A DNA stretch of 62,340 nt, filler included, from 5 parts of 5 records of this genome joined end to end with filler, not necessarily neighbours in it, one strand, 5' to 3'. Shown: positions 27,963 through 38,385, numbered from the whole stretch's first letter. Notes: generated by a model not told the origin, from the sequence alone. Numbers and translations are program-made.

Positions 27963-29664
27963 ATTTAAAGAATGGGCAAAGAGTATACGATTATTCGATG
28001 GCTCTACAGGAACTGCACTGGTTAGATTAATGGGGATGGATGGTAACGATTTACCTGAGGTATTTGCCAAGGAAAGCCCTGATAAATTTATTAAATTACA
28101 GGAGGATTATGTTGCAAGTGGGACTGAAGTATTGCTTTCTCCAACGCTTGGAACCAATCCGATATTGATGAATACTCATGGGCTTGAGAACTGCACTGAG
28201 CGTAATGCTTTCCTCACAGGTTTGTCAAAAAAAGCTGCAGGTGATTGTGTTTATGTAGCACATGAAATCGGACCTACTGGTGAGTTTATGGTTCCAATGG
28301 GCATGAAGACATTTGATGAAATAGTAGACTGTTATAAGGAACAGGTAAATGCTGCACTCAAAGCAGATACTGATATGTTTATTCTTGAGACTTTTATTGA
28401 CTTATCAGAAGCAAGAGCAGCAGTTATTGCAATTCGGGAAACATGTGATTTGCCAATAATTGTATCTCTTACATTTCAGGACGGAATGACGTTATCAGGC
28501 AATTCACCTGAGGCTGTAGCAATTACAATGGAAGCAGCTGGTGCCGATGCTGTTGGTGCTAACTGCTCAACTGGTCCTGCTGGGGTCGCAGAAGTTATTG
28601 CAAAGATGGCAAAGGTTACGAATCTGCCTTTGTTTGCAAAGCCTAATGCAGGTATGCCACAGGTAGTTGACGGAGTGACCACTTTTCCTATGGGACCAAA
28701 GGAATTTGCCGAGGAGAGTATGAAACTGATAGAAGCTGGTGCTACACTAGTCGGTGGATGCTGTGGTTCATTCCCTGAACATATTAAGGAATTAAAAGAA
28801 ACAGTATGCAGCATGGAACCAATTAATCGTGAAAAGGTAACAGGTACTTTTGTTTCATCAGGCAGAGCATTTGTAGATATGAGCCGTGATAAATTCGTTG
28901 CAATAGGAGAGAAAATTAATCCATCTGGGAAGCCTACCTTTGCTAAAAGTTTGGCTGAAGGTGACATAATGACTGTTGTTTCACTAGCAAGTGAGCAGAC
29001 AGAAGCTGGAGCAGATGTACTTGATATAAATATTTCTGCTGTTGATGTAGATGAAGCTGCTGTTATGAAAAATGTTGCTCAGGATTTGCCGGTTTATTGT
29101 CCCACACCTCTTTGCTTTGATTCATCAAATGTTGAAGCTATGGGCGAAGCACTGCGTACTTACTGTGGCAGAGCAATTATAAATTCTGCAAGTGCTGATT
29201 CAGAGCGTATGGAAGATATGATAAAGCTGGCTGCTAAATATGGTGCTGTGATTATCCTGCTGCCATTTACAGGGAATTCTCTCCTTGACTGTGAAGAGAG
29301 AATTGAAGGCCTTGCAAAGCTTATTGACTGCTGTGAAAAAAATGGTGTTAAAAAGCAGAGTGTATTGGTCGATGCTGTTGTTATGGCTGTATCTACGAAT
29401 GGACAGTCACCAAAAGATTCTATTGAGTTTATGAGGTGGTGCAAAGAAAACAATTATCTGACTACTGGTGGTGTATCAAATATCTCATTTGGCTTGCCAG
29501 AGCGTGAAAAGATAAATAATATCTTTCTTGCACAGATGATAGGAGCAGGTTTAACCAGCGGAATAGTCAATCCTAATAAGGAAACAATGGACGTAATAAA
29601 CGCATCATATCTGTTAAGCGGAAATGATGAATGGTGCATGAACTGGATTGAGGTGAATGGATAA
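27949..29664 (+). CDS. split methionine synthase: Hcy-binding + pterin-binding domains, no cobalamin-binding domain
   Basis: FDGSTGT, IGPTG, LETF, GANCSTGP, KPNAGMP, GGCCG; IGEKINPSG, LDIN, FDSS, INSA, GVSNISFGLP; ends without a DxHxxG motif. Confidence 0.85.
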   Translation: MKRAEFKEWAKSIRLFDGSTGTALVRLMGMDGNDLPEVFAKESPDKFIKLQEDYVASGTEVLLSPTLGTNPILMNTHGLENCTERNAFLTGLSKKAAGDCVYVAHEIGPTGEFMVPMGMKTFDEIVDCYKEQVNAALKADTDMFILETFIDLSEARAAVIAIRETCDLPIIVSLTFQDGMTLSGNSPEAVAITMEAAGADAVGANCSTGPAGVAEVIAKMAKVTNLPLFAKPNAGMPQVVDGVTTFPMGPKEFAEESMKLIEAGATLVGGCCGSFPEHIKELKETVCSMEPINREKVTGTFVSSGRAFVDMSRDKFVAIGEKINPSGKPTFAKSLAEGDIMTVVSLASEQTEAGADVLDINISAVDVDEAAVMKNVAQDLPVYCPTPLCFDSSNVEAMGEALRTYCGRAIINSASADSERMEDMIKLAAKYGAVIILLPFTGNSLLDCEERIEGLAKLIDCCEKNGVKKQSVLVDAVVMAVSTNGQSPKDSIEFMRWCKENNYLTTGGVSNISFGLPEREKINNIFLAQMIGAGLTSGIVNPNKETMDVINASYLLSGNDEWCMNWIEVNG

Positions 29665-31928
29665 TGAGTATAAAACTAATTGATAAACTTACATATTGCA
29701 TTGAAGGCAAACCCAGCTATGGTGAAAGTGTTGATGCAAAATATAGAACGCTGATGAACCCTTCCGCCAGAGATAATACTTTGGCTTGGAAGGTAATGAG
29801 CGCACATAATAAATCCAGCAGAGATGATTATCTGGAGCTTAGCTTTGACGCTATGGCTTCTCATGATATAACTTATGTAGGAATAATACAGACTGCAAAG
29901 GCAAGTGGATTAACACAATTCCCTCTACCATATGTACTAACATGCTGTCATAATTCATTGTGTGCTGTAGGAGGTACAATCAATGAAGACGACCATGTAT
30001 TCGGGCTGTCAGCTGCAAAGAAATACGGCGGTGCATTTGTACCACCTCACTTAGCTGTTATACATCAGTATGTGAGAGAAATGATGGCTGCACCAGGCAA
30101 AATGATACTAGGCAGCGACTCTCACACCAGATACGGTGCATTAGGCTGTATGGGCGTAGGTGAAGGCGGACCAGAGCTGGTCAAGCAGCTTCTGAAAAAG
30201 ACTTGGGATTCACCTAGATGTAATGTAATAGGTGTTCACTTAACAGGTACACCTAAATTTGGTGTAGGACCTCAGGATGTAGCGCTGGCATTGGTTGGTG
30301 CGACATTCAAGAATGGTTTTGTAAAGAATGCAGTACTGGAGTTTTTCGGCGAAGGCGTTCATAATATTTCAATGGATTATAGATTAGGCATTGATGTAAT
30401 GACTACAGAGAGTACATGCCTTAGCTCCATCTGGGTGACAGATGAGAAGACAAAGGAATACTTATCTGTTCATGGTCGTTTAGATGAGTATAAAGAGATG
30501 AATCTGAATGATGTGATAGCATATGATAAGATGATAGAGATTGATTTATCCAGTGTTGAACCAATGATAGCAATGCCATATCACCCTAGCAATGCATACA
30601 CAATTAAGGAAGTCATAGAGAACCAGAAGGATATTCTTGGTGAACTTAATAAAGTTACCGAAGATAAGTTTGGCTCCTCAAATGTAGACTATGATGCTAT
30701 GAACTTTATTACAGATAAAGGTATTATGGTTCAGCAGGGTATCATTGCAGGATGCAGCGGCGGTATGTATGAGAATATTGAGTTTGCAAGCAAGGTATTG
30801 GAGAATAAGTCTATTGGTTCAAATGAGTTTACTCTAAGCGTATATCCAGCCAGTCAGCCTATATATTCTGCATTAGTTAAGTCTGGTGCTATTGATACAT
30901 TGTTCAGCACAGGTACTATTGTGAAGACAGCATTCTGCGGTCCATGCTTTGGTGCAGGTGATGTTCCAAGAAACGGCGGATTAAGTATTCGTCATACAAC
31001 CAGGAATTTCCCTAACAGAGAGGGCAGTAAGCCAGGTGACGGTCAGCTCTCTAGTGTAGCTTTGATGGATGCTCGTTCTATTGCTGCTACTGCGTTGAAT
31101 GAGGGGATATTGACTCCAGCAACTGAGCTAACACCATTTGTTAGCGATGTAGCATATGAATTTAATAAGAAAATATATGACAACAGAGTGTATAGCAAGC
31201 CACTCGAGCCAAAGGAAGATGAAGAACTGCTGTATGGTCCAAACATCAAGGATTGGCCAAAGATGATAAAGATGCAGGATAATATGCTTATTATAGCAGC
31301 AAGTGTAATTTATGATGATGTTACAACAACGGATGAGTTGATACCATCTGGAGAGACATCCAGCTATAGATCCAATCCAATAAGACTTGCTGAATTCACA
31401 CTTAGCCGTAAAGATCCTGAGTATGTTCCTTTTGCAAAAGCAGTGTATGATTCAGAGCTAAACAGGCAGCAGAATAAACCGCTTGACATGGATATTCTGG
31501 ATAATGCTGTTAAGGCTTTTAGTATATCTCAAGATGATTTGGCTAGTACACAGCTTGGTTCATTTGTATATGCAAATAAACCAGGTGACGGTTCAGCTCG
31601 TGAACAGGCAGCGTCATGTCAGAAGGTATTAGGTGGCTGTGCAAATATAGCAATTGAGTACGCTACAAAGCGATACAGGAGCAATTGCATTAACTGGGGC
31701 ATGATACCGTTTGTATTGCCGAATAAGAAGCCTCTGGAGCTTTCGCGAGGTGATGCAGTATATATCGAAGGTATTAAAGAAGCAATTAAAAGCGGTGCAG
31801 AGAAATTGAGTGCAAAACTTCTTAGAAATAATAAGATAGTGGATATTGAATTAGGTCTTGATAGTCTGGATAACGCTCAAAGAGATATTCTGCTGGAAGG
31901 CTGTTTAATTAATTATTATAATAAATAG
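29664..31928 (+). CDS. aconitase-family hydratase (YbhJ-like)
   Basis: SHDITYVGIIQTA, HNSLCAVGGTINEDDH, GSDSHTRYGA, IAGCSGG, AFCGPCFG (4Fe-4S Cys), RNFPNREG, TTDEL, GDGSAREQA; TAATG coupling with the upstream gene. Confidence 0.9.
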   Translation: MSIKLIDKLTYCIEGKPSYGESVDAKYRTLMNPSARDNTLAWKVMSAHNKSSRDDYLELSFDAMASHDITYVGIIQTAKASGLTQFPLPYVLTCCHNSLCAVGGTINEDDHVFGLSAAKKYGGAFVPPHLAVIHQYVREMMAAPGKMILGSDSHTRYGALGCMGVGEGGPELVKQLLKKTWDSPRCNVIGVHLTGTPKFGVGPQDVALALVGATFKNGFVKNAVLEFFGEGVHNISMDYRLGIDVMTTESTCLSSIWVTDEKTKEYLSVHGRLDEYKEMNLNDVIAYDKMIEIDLSSVEPMIAMPYHPSNAYTIKEVIENQKDILGELNKVTEDKFGSSNVDYDAMNFITDKGIMVQQGIIAGCSGGMYENIEFASKVLENKSIGSNEFTLSVYPASQPIYSALVKSGAIDTLFSTGTIVKTAFCGPCFGAGDVPRNGGLSIRHTTRNFPNREGSKPGDGQLSSVALMDARSIAATALNEGILTPATELTPFVSDVAYEFNKKIYDNRVYSKPLEPKEDEELLYGPNIKDWPKMIKMQDNMLIIAASVIYDDVTTTDELIPSGETSSYRSNPIRLAEFTLSRKDPEYVPFAKAVYDSELNRQQNKPLDMDILDNAVKAFSISQDDLASTQLGSFVYANKPGDGSAREQAASCQKVLGGCANIAIEYATKRYRSNCINWGMIPFVLPNKKPLELSRGDAVYIEGIKEAIKSGAEKLSAKLLRNNKIVDIELGLDSLDNAQRDILLEGCLINYYNK

Positions 31929-32029
31929 CACGGAATTGTCATTTTAACAATATATAACCCTTTTCGATTATTGGGGTATACTAAAATTCTGTGGATTCTC
32001 CAAGTTGGAACTATTGAAAATGATAAATA

Positions 32030-32065
32030 AAGAGGGTTATGGTAAAGTTTATCTGTAACCCTCTT
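32030..32065 (+). terminator. hairpin, probable terminator of the yitJ operon
   Basis: AAGAGGGTTA...TAACCCTCTT inverted repeat. Confidence 0.55.
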
Positions 32066-32360
32066 AATTATATTAGAGCATATACTATAATTCTGTATTA
32101 AGAAATGATTATAAATATTTCTGTATTTAGGTAATCTATCATTAAAGAATATGAGTTCTTGTGACTAGATTTGCTCTTAGTACCTATGCTCACCATTCAA
32201 CTCTATCCTATTATCACAGGCAGCAATAATTTGTTGTAATGCAATTGTTATGTGTATATAAAAAATCTGTATCATTTCGTATTGATTAGCATATTGTTAT
32301 TAGTAATATAGTAAAAAAGAACATTGATAAAAACTATTGGATAAATAATTATAAATTAGG

Positions 32361-32389
32361 TTGACATTACAATCTATATGTTATATAAT
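32361..32389 (+). promoter_or_regulatory. consensus sigmaA promoter for tRNA gene
   Basis: TTGACA-17 nt-TATAAT with AT-rich upstream region. Confidence 0.9.
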
Positions 32390-32422
32390 CATATTCGGCT
32401 TAAAAAGCCAGACATTTTTCGT

Positions 32423-32468
32423 CGCGGAGTAGAGCAGTTGGTAGCTCGTCGGGCTCATAACCCGGAGG
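32423..32468 (+). tRNA. initiator tRNA-fMet(CAT), 3'-truncated by contig end
   Basis: CGCGGAG-TA-GAGC-AGTTGGTA-GCTC-G-TCGGG-CTCATAA-CCCGG; 5' C and three consecutive G:C pairs in the anticodon stem; CAT at 32456-32458. Confidence 0.92.
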
Positions 32469-32568
32469 NNNNNNNNNNNNNNNNNNNNNNNNNNNNNNNN
32501 NNNNNNNNNNNNTTAATTAATTAANNNNNNNNNNNNNNNNNNNNNNNNNNNNNNNNNNNNNNNNNNNN
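32469..32568. other. artificial contig-joining spacer
   Basis: 44 N + TTAATTAATTAA + 44 N. Confidence 0.98.
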
Positions 32569-32571
32569 TTC

Positions 32572-33510
32572 ATGAAAAGAATAATTTTCTTCATAATGTT
32601 TTTTTGTTCTGCCCTGGTAATGAGGGCACAACAAGACCCACAGTTCAGTCAAAATATGTTTAATATCCTCTCAGTTAACCCAGCCTATGCTGGTGTCGAG
32701 AAGGATATTGTTGTATCTGCTATTAACAGACAACAATGGGTTGGCTTTGATAATGCACCTGTTACGACAGTTGTAAATCTCACTACTCCTGTGCGTTTTG
32801 CAGGTTTAACACATGGTATTGGCTTAAGCATTATTCGAGACGAATTAGGTTTTGAGAAAAATACCGGGATACGATTTAGCTATGCGTATCAAAAAAAATT
32901 AAATAATGGTTCTTTACATTTTGGAATTAGTGTTGGAATTCAGAACAATGCATTAAAAGGAGAATGGTATGTTCCAGATGGAGAAGGAGATGATTACACC
33001 TCCGTTATTGAAGATATGGGAGCAGCAACTATCGATGAAGGCAAAATGATTTTTGATCCTGGATTAGGAATTTTTTACCAAAGCGATAACTTTTATGCCG
33101 GTGCTTCCGTATCGCATGTCACAGAGCCTACAGTTTCATATAATGAATCGGTAGAAACATATTTGGCAAGACATTATTATGTCACTGCCGGATACACTCT
33201 AAAGCTAGATGAAAGCTGGGAAGTAATACCATCTGCCTTTTATAAAACAGATGCTGTTGTTTCACAAATTGATATAAACAGTTTAATTAGATACAATAAA
33301 AAGATTTGGGGAGGCGTTTCTTATAGAGTTGATGATGCAGTAGTTGGGTTGATGGGCGTATTATTCAATAATGGAATTCAAATTGGGTATGCGTATGATG
33401 TTTCAACTTCAAAAATTGCTAAAGGATCACATGAATTTCTTTTGATGTATCGATTCAACACTAAATTAGAACGCCGAAATCAAAAATATAAGAGTATTCG
33501 ATTTTTATAA
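32572..33510 (+). CDS. porP: T9SS PorP/SprF family outer membrane protein
   Basis: AQQDPQFSQ..N.LSVNPAYAG, RQQWVG...AP.T, GYAYD...S, GSHE; precedes gldK. Confidence 0.9.
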   Translation: MKRIIFFIMFFCSALVMRAQQDPQFSQNMFNILSVNPAYAGVEKDIVVSAINRQQWVGFDNAPVTTVVNLTTPVRFAGLTHGIGLSIIRDELGFEKNTGIRFSYAYQKKLNNGSLHFGISVGIQNNALKGEWYVPDGEGDDYTSVIEDMGAATIDEGKMIFDPGLGIFYQSDNFYAGASVSHVTEPTVSYNESVETYLARHYYVTAGYTLKLDESWEVIPSAFYKTDAVVSQIDINSLIRYNKKIWGGVSYRVDDAVVGLMGVLFNNGIQIGYAYDVSTSKIAKGSHEFLLMYRFNTKLERRNQKYKSIRFL

Positions 33511-33554
33511 AAAACACTAAAAATCTGTGCTTTAGCACAATTTACAAAACCACT

Positions 33555-34889
33555 ATGAATAAACTACTTACAACACTTTGTGTAATTGTTTTGTTGTTCT
33601 TATCCAGTTGCGGAAGCCGTACCGGGAATGGAGAACTTGTTGGTGCAGGTCAGAGAGGTAAATGGTTTGAGCCTAAACCTTATGGAATGGTACAAATTCC
33701 ACGAGGAAGTTTTACCATGGGACCTAACGACCAAGACGTAGCATGGGCATTAAATGCAACAGCTAAAACTGTTTCTGTTGAATCTTTTTGGATGGATGAA
33801 ACAGAAATTACCAACAACGAATATCGTCAGTTTGTATATTGGGTGCGCGATTCAATCGCCAGACAACTTTTAGGACAGCAGTTCGAAGAGTTTCTAATTG
33901 CAGAAGATGATAACGGAAATCCTATCGACCCTCCGTTTATTAATTGGGAAGAGAGATTGGAATGGAACGATGAAGAATACGTTGAGATTCTGGAAGAAAT
34001 GTATTTACCAGAACACGAGCGCTTTTTCCGTAACAAAGAAATTGATACACGTAAGTTGAAGTATCAGTACGAATGGGTTGATTTGCAACAAGCTGCAAAA
34101 AAATCGAATCGTTACAACTACGAAACCGGCGAATACGAAGGTATGGTGGACGACTACAAAGGTGGTAGAAAACAAATTGAAGACAGGTCTTCTTTTATCA
34201 TGAAAGAAGCATTAAATATTTACCCTGATACCTTGTGTTGGATTCAGGATTTTACTTACTCATATAATGATCCATGGACCAAACAATATTTTTGGCATCC
34301 TGGTTACGATGAGTATCCTGTTGTTGGAGTTTCATGGAAACAAGCAACAGCTTTCTCGATTTGGAGAACTCGCTTCCACAATTCAGCATTAAAACAAGAA
34401 GGTGATTATCCTGTACAGGATTATCGCTTACCAACCGAATCGGAGTGGGAATATGCTGCGCGTGGTGGTATTGCACAAAATATGTATCCTTGGGGAGGTC
34501 CTTATACAAGAAATGATCAAGGATGTTTCTTAGCCAACTTTAAACCATTACGTGGCAACTATGTTGACGATGGTGGTTTGGTAACGCTTCCTGTAGGTAG
34601 CTACGAACCAAATGAATTTGGTTTGTATGATATGGCAGGTAACGTTGCAGAATGGACTTCTGGCGCATATGATGAATCAGCTTATTCTTTCACACACGAT
34701 ATGAATCCGAATTACGAATACAATGCCCTTCCGGACGATCCTCCAGCATTGAAGAGAAAAGTGATCAGAGGTGGATCATGGAAAGACATTGGTTACTATT
34801 TGCAATGCGCAACCAGAACATACGAATATCAGGATACTGCTAAATCGTATATCGGTTTCCGCTGTGTAAGAACTCATTTAGGTAGATAA
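33555..34889 (+). CDS. gldK: T9SS lipoprotein GldK/PorK
   Basis: Lipobox LSSC; GELVG; FWMDETEITNNEYRQFV.WVRDS; YPDTLCW; RLPTESEWEYAARGG; FGE-sulfatase fold. Confidence 0.93.
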   Translation: MNKLLTTLCVIVLLFLSSCGSRTGNGELVGAGQRGKWFEPKPYGMVQIPRGSFTMGPNDQDVAWALNATAKTVSVESFWMDETEITNNEYRQFVYWVRDSIARQLLGQQFEEFLIAEDDNGNPIDPPFINWEERLEWNDEEYVEILEEMYLPEHERFFRNKEIDTRKLKYQYEWVDLQQAAKKSNRYNYETGEYEGMVDDYKGGRKQIEDRSSFIMKEALNIYPDTLCWIQDFTYSYNDPWTKQYFWHPGYDEYPVVGVSWKQATAFSIWRTRFHNSALKQEGDYPVQDYRLPTESEWEYAARGGIAQNMYPWGGPYTRNDQGCFLANFKPLRGNYVDDGGLVTLPVGSYEPNEFGLYDMAGNVAEWTSGAYDESAYSFTHDMNPNYEYNALPDDPPALKRKVIRGGSWKDIGYYLQCATRTYEYQDTAKSYIGFRCVRTHLGR

Positions 34890-34936
34890 TCTACTAATAA
34901 ACTATTTATTTTAAGACCTTTTTCAATAAATCCGAC

Positions 34937-35890
34937 ATGAATATTACAGAACTTGTACAATCACCAAAGTGGAAAAAAATGATGGGGTATGTGTATGGAT
35001 GGGGAGCTTCCGTTGTACTGATTGGTGCTCTTTTTAAAATACAACATTATCCTTATGCTGGTGAACTTTTAACTCTAGGTATGTCAGTAGAAGCTATCAT
35101 CTTCTTCTTTTCTGCTTTCGAACCACCACACGAGCAACCAGACTGGAGTTTGGTTTATCCTGAGTTAATTGGTCTGGAACCTAAAGAACAAATGGTAAAA
35201 GGTGGAGAAGTTCAAGTTGAGGGACTTGAGCAATTACAGCAATTACTTGAGAAAATTAGTGTTGAGCCTGATAAACTTTCTCACTTAAGTCAAGGCTTGG
35301 CAAAATTAACCAATGCTACCGAAAGTTTATCTAACCTATCGGCAGCTTCTGATGCGACTGATGGTTACATTCAAAGCATGCAAAAGGCATCTGAATCGGT
35401 AGGAGAATTTTCTGGTAAATATGTTGATTCAACTCAACAACTTTCTGATTCAGCTCAAAAGTTAAGCGCATCCTACGAAAATACAGCTTCAACAATTGAG
35501 AATTCAGGAAAAGATTTTGCAGGTAAAGTAAACGAGTCGGGAGATAATTTATTGAACTCATATCAAAAAATTGATCAATCGCTTCAAACTGATTTCGGTA
35601 AGATAACTGAAAACAGTAGCAACTACAATTCTTCAATGGAGTCGATGAATAAAAATCTTTCTTCGTTGAATGCGATTTACGAGTTACAATTGAAAGAGAG
35701 CAATCAGCAAATGGATAATGCCAAAAATCTACATCAAGATTTAGATAAAGTTCTCCAGACGCTAACAGCAACTCTAGATAATGCTCAAACTTATCGCAAA
35801 GAAACAGAGCAATTGAATACAAATCTATCTGCACTAAATACCATTTATGGTAACATGTTAAGTGCTATGGATCATAAGAAAAAGAACTAG
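34937..35890 (+). CDS. gldL: T9SS motor subunit GldL/PorL
   Basis: YGWGASVVLIGALFKIQH, VEAIIFFFSAFEP, DWSLVYPEL; C-terminal NLSALNTIYGNMLSAM. Confidence 0.93.
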   Translation: MNITELVQSPKWKKMMGYVYGWGASVVLIGALFKIQHYPYAGELLTLGMSVEAIIFFFSAFEPPHEQPDWSLVYPELIGLEPKEQMVKGGEVQVEGLEQLQQLLEKISVEPDKLSHLSQGLAKLTNATESLSNLSAASDATDGYIQSMQKASESVGEFSGKYVDSTQQLSDSAQKLSASYENTASTIENSGKDFAGKVNESGDNLLNSYQKIDQSLQTDFGKITENSSNYNSSMESMNKNLSSLNAIYELQLKESNQQMDNAKNLHQDLDKVLQTLTATLDNAQTYRKETEQLNTNLSALNTIYGNMLSAMDHKKKN

Positions 35891-35913
35891 TCTAACAATC
35901 AAGCTGAGCTGAA

Positions 35914-37464
35914 ATGGGAGCAACGAATTGTAAAGAAACGCCACGGCAAAAGATGATTGGAATGATGTATTTATTTCTAACAGCAATGTTAGCGATAAAT
36001 GTATCGAATGAAGTACTGGATGCTTTTACAATTATTGATAATGGTTTGTCGAAGACCATTGAAACTTTTGAAGAAAAAACAAAAACATCATACGATAAGT
36101 TCAAAAGGGCTTATGATGTAAACCCAGATAAAGTGGGTGATTACTGGGAAAAAGCATCTAATATTAGAGAAGAATCGGACAACTTGTATAATTTAATGCA
36201 AGAATTAAAAGAAAGAATAGTTGAGAAAGCAGATGGACCAGAATACGATCTAAATGATATTAAGAGTAAAGATAATCTTGATATTCCACCAGAGGTAATG
36301 ATTGTTGGAAAAAAAGGGAAATTATTAAAAGAGACCATTAATACTTTTAGAGAACTAGTTCTATCGCATGTTGCAACAAAAGATTCTTCATTAAGACATG
36401 CTATTCTTGAAACATTAGATACCAAAGATCCGAAGAAGGCAAAACCTGGTGATCCTAATTATTCTTGGGAATCAAAACAGTTTTCTCACACACCTTTAAT
36501 TGGAGCGATCACTCTGTTATCTAAAATGCAGGTAGATGTTCGAAATACTGAATCTGATGTTGTAAATTATCTGTTTAATCAAATTGAAGCAGAATCGTTC
36601 AGTTTTAACAAATTGAAAGCTGAAGTTTATGCACCTTCAAGTTATATTTTAAAGGGTGATACCTATAAAGCTAAAGTTTTTTTAGCTGCTGTTGATACCA
36701 CTCAAAATCCTAAAATCGTTGTTGACAGAAGAGGTGAGTTAACTGAATTTGACGATGACGGAAGAGCTTCATTTACTGCTAAAGCTGATAAAGTAGGTCC
36801 CGTAAAATGGGGTGGAATTTTAACTTACAAATCTCCTTCCGGAATTGAAAAAGAATTAGAATTTTCAGCAAATTACATTGTTGCAGAACCTAACGTTGTT
36901 GTTTCGCCAACAAAAATGAATGTATTCTATGTAGGTGTCGACAATCCAGTAAGTATTTCTGCTCCAGGATTTAGTTCCGACAGAATTAGAGCTAGAATGA
37001 CAAATGGTAATTTGATTCAAAAAGGAAATGATTATATCGCACAACCTAAAGTAGCATTTAGAGATACTAAAGTTAGTGTTGAAGCCAATTTTGATGGAGA
37101 GTGGAGACCTTTACGAACCGTTGATTTTCGTGTAAAGCCAATTCCTGATCCTGTTGCTAAAATTGCAGATAAGAGTGGTGGAAAAATCAAAAGAAATTTA
37201 CTATTGGCTCAAACGGGTGTTGATGCTGTAATGGACAATTTCGACTTTGATTTAGAGTTCAAGATTACAGGATTTACGGTATCTGCAATTCAAAAAGGTT
37301 TTACTGTTGATCAAGCATCACGTTCCGACATGTTCACACAAGATCAGATTGGAATGTTCCGAAATTTAAAAAGAAATCAAAAAGTATATATTGAAGATAT
37401 CAGGGCGGTAGGTCCCGATGGTGTTACCAGAAACTTGCCTGCAATTGTCTTTAGAATAGAGTAA
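35914..37464 (+). CDS. gldM: T9SS motor subunit GldM/PorM
   Basis: PRQKMIGMMYLFLTAMLAINVS.EVL; KMNVFYVGVDNP; FRVKPIPDP. Confidence 0.93.
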   Translation: MGATNCKETPRQKMIGMMYLFLTAMLAINVSNEVLDAFTIIDNGLSKTIETFEEKTKTSYDKFKRAYDVNPDKVGDYWEKASNIREESDNLYNLMQELKERIVEKADGPEYDLNDIKSKDNLDIPPEVMIVGKKGKLLKETINTFRELVLSHVATKDSSLRHAILETLDTKDPKKAKPGDPNYSWESKQFSHTPLIGAITLLSKMQVDVRNTESDVVNYLFNQIEAESFSFNKLKAEVYAPSSYILKGDTYKAKVFLAAVDTTQNPKIVVDRRGELTEFDDDGRASFTAKADKVGPVKWGGILTYKSPSGIEKELEFSANYIVAEPNVVVSPTKMNVFYVGVDNPVSISAPGFSSDRIRARMTNGNLIQKGNDYIAQPKVAFRDTKVSVEANFDGEWRPLRTVDFRVKPIPDPVAKIADKSGGKIKRNLLLAQTGVDAVMDNFDFDLEFKITGFTVSAIQKGFTVDQASRSDMFTQDQIGMFRNLKRNQKVYIEDIRAVGPDGVTRNLPAIVFRIE

Positions 37465-37479
37465 TAAAATTTACATACG

Positions 37480-38325
37480 ATGAAAAGAAGCTTATTACTA
37501 ATTATTGGTCTTGCCTTGTTTTGTACCGCAAATGTGTCGGCTCAAACAAATGCAACTAGTGTTTACACTAAGAATCATGTCAAAAATCGTAAGCCGATTC
37601 CATTTTCAAACATTCGCGAATCGGATGTTATGTGGTCGAAATTGGTATGGAGGATAGTTGATTTAAGAGAAAAAATGAACCTTCCGATGTATTATCCAAC
37701 CACTCCTCAGGATGATCGATACAGCTTGATTGATCTGTTGATGTATGGTATCGAAAACGAAGGTTTAACAGCTTACGACACCAATGATGATGAGTTTAAA
37801 ATGCCGATGACCTTAGAGCAAATTCAAACAAAATTTGATGCTCAGGCGGATACCATTATGCAACGTAACAGATTAACTGGAGAATTGGAAGAAAAAATTC
37901 TTGCTGGTGAAATGCACACCGATGATGTTAAACGTTACATGGTAAAAGAGCAATGGTTTTTCGATAAGCAAACATCAACTATGCAAGTTCGAATTATTGG
38001 AATTTGCCCTATTCGTGAATACATTAAAGATGGCGATACTGCCATGGATGGAATTCAGCAAAAACAATTGTTCTGGATTTATTTTCCTGAAGCAAGACAA
38101 TTGCTTGCAACTCACGAAGTATTTAATCCATACAATGATGCTGCGCGCTATTCATTTGATGATCTTTTCATGAAAAGAAAATTTGCAAGCTTTATTACTC
38201 AAATATCAAATGTTCACAACAACAGAGGTATCAGTGAATATACAGTAGGTATTAATTCTATGCTTGAAGCTGAGAGAATTAAGAACGATATTTTCACTTA
38301 CGAACACGATCTTTGGGAGTACTAA
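37480..38325 (+). CDS. gldN: T9SS subunit GldN/PorN
   Basis: RESDVMWSK.VWR.VDLREKMN.P.YYP; KEQWFFDK; RIIGICP; LFWIYFPE; EHDLWEY. Confidence 0.92.
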   Translation: MKRSLLLIIGLALFCTANVSAQTNATSVYTKNHVKNRKPIPFSNIRESDVMWSKLVWRIVDLREKMNLPMYYPTTPQDDRYSLIDLLMYGIENEGLTAYDTNDDEFKMPMTLEQIQTKFDAQADTIMQRNRLTGELEEKILAGEMHTDDVKRYMVKEQWFFDKQTSTMQVRIIGICPIREYIKDGDTAMDGIQQKQLFWIYFPEARQLLATHEVFNPYNDAARYSFDDLFMKRKFASFITQISNVHNNRGISEYTVGINSMLEAERIKNDIFTYEHDLWEY

Positions 38326-38337
38326 TAAAAACTCTAT

Positions 38338-38370
38338 AAAAAAAGGACCTCAATGAGGTCCTTTTCTTTT
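38338..38370. terminator. bidirectional terminator
   Basis: A run-GGACCTCA-A-TGAGGTCC-TTTTCTTTT between convergent gldN and manC. Confidence 0.8.
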
Positions 38371-38385
38371 ATAAATAAGTTCGTA

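Noticed and set aside
29600-29864. Frameshift or stop read-through restoring a cobalamin-binding domain to the MetH-like gene
   Set aside because: The stop is TAA overlapping the ATG of a full-length hydratase; no DxHxxG-type domain seen downstream.
31945-32020. Purine-riboswitch-like layout (TATAA...stem...ACTATTG)
   Set aside because: Lacks the conserved ATATGG/CCGTAAA kissing loops and GTTTCTAC junction, and no CDS follows.
308-38325. CTD-bearing protein (contig A) as a substrate of the porP-gldKLMN T9SS (contig D)
   Set aside because: Different contigs and apparently different organisms; proximity is an artefact of concatenation.
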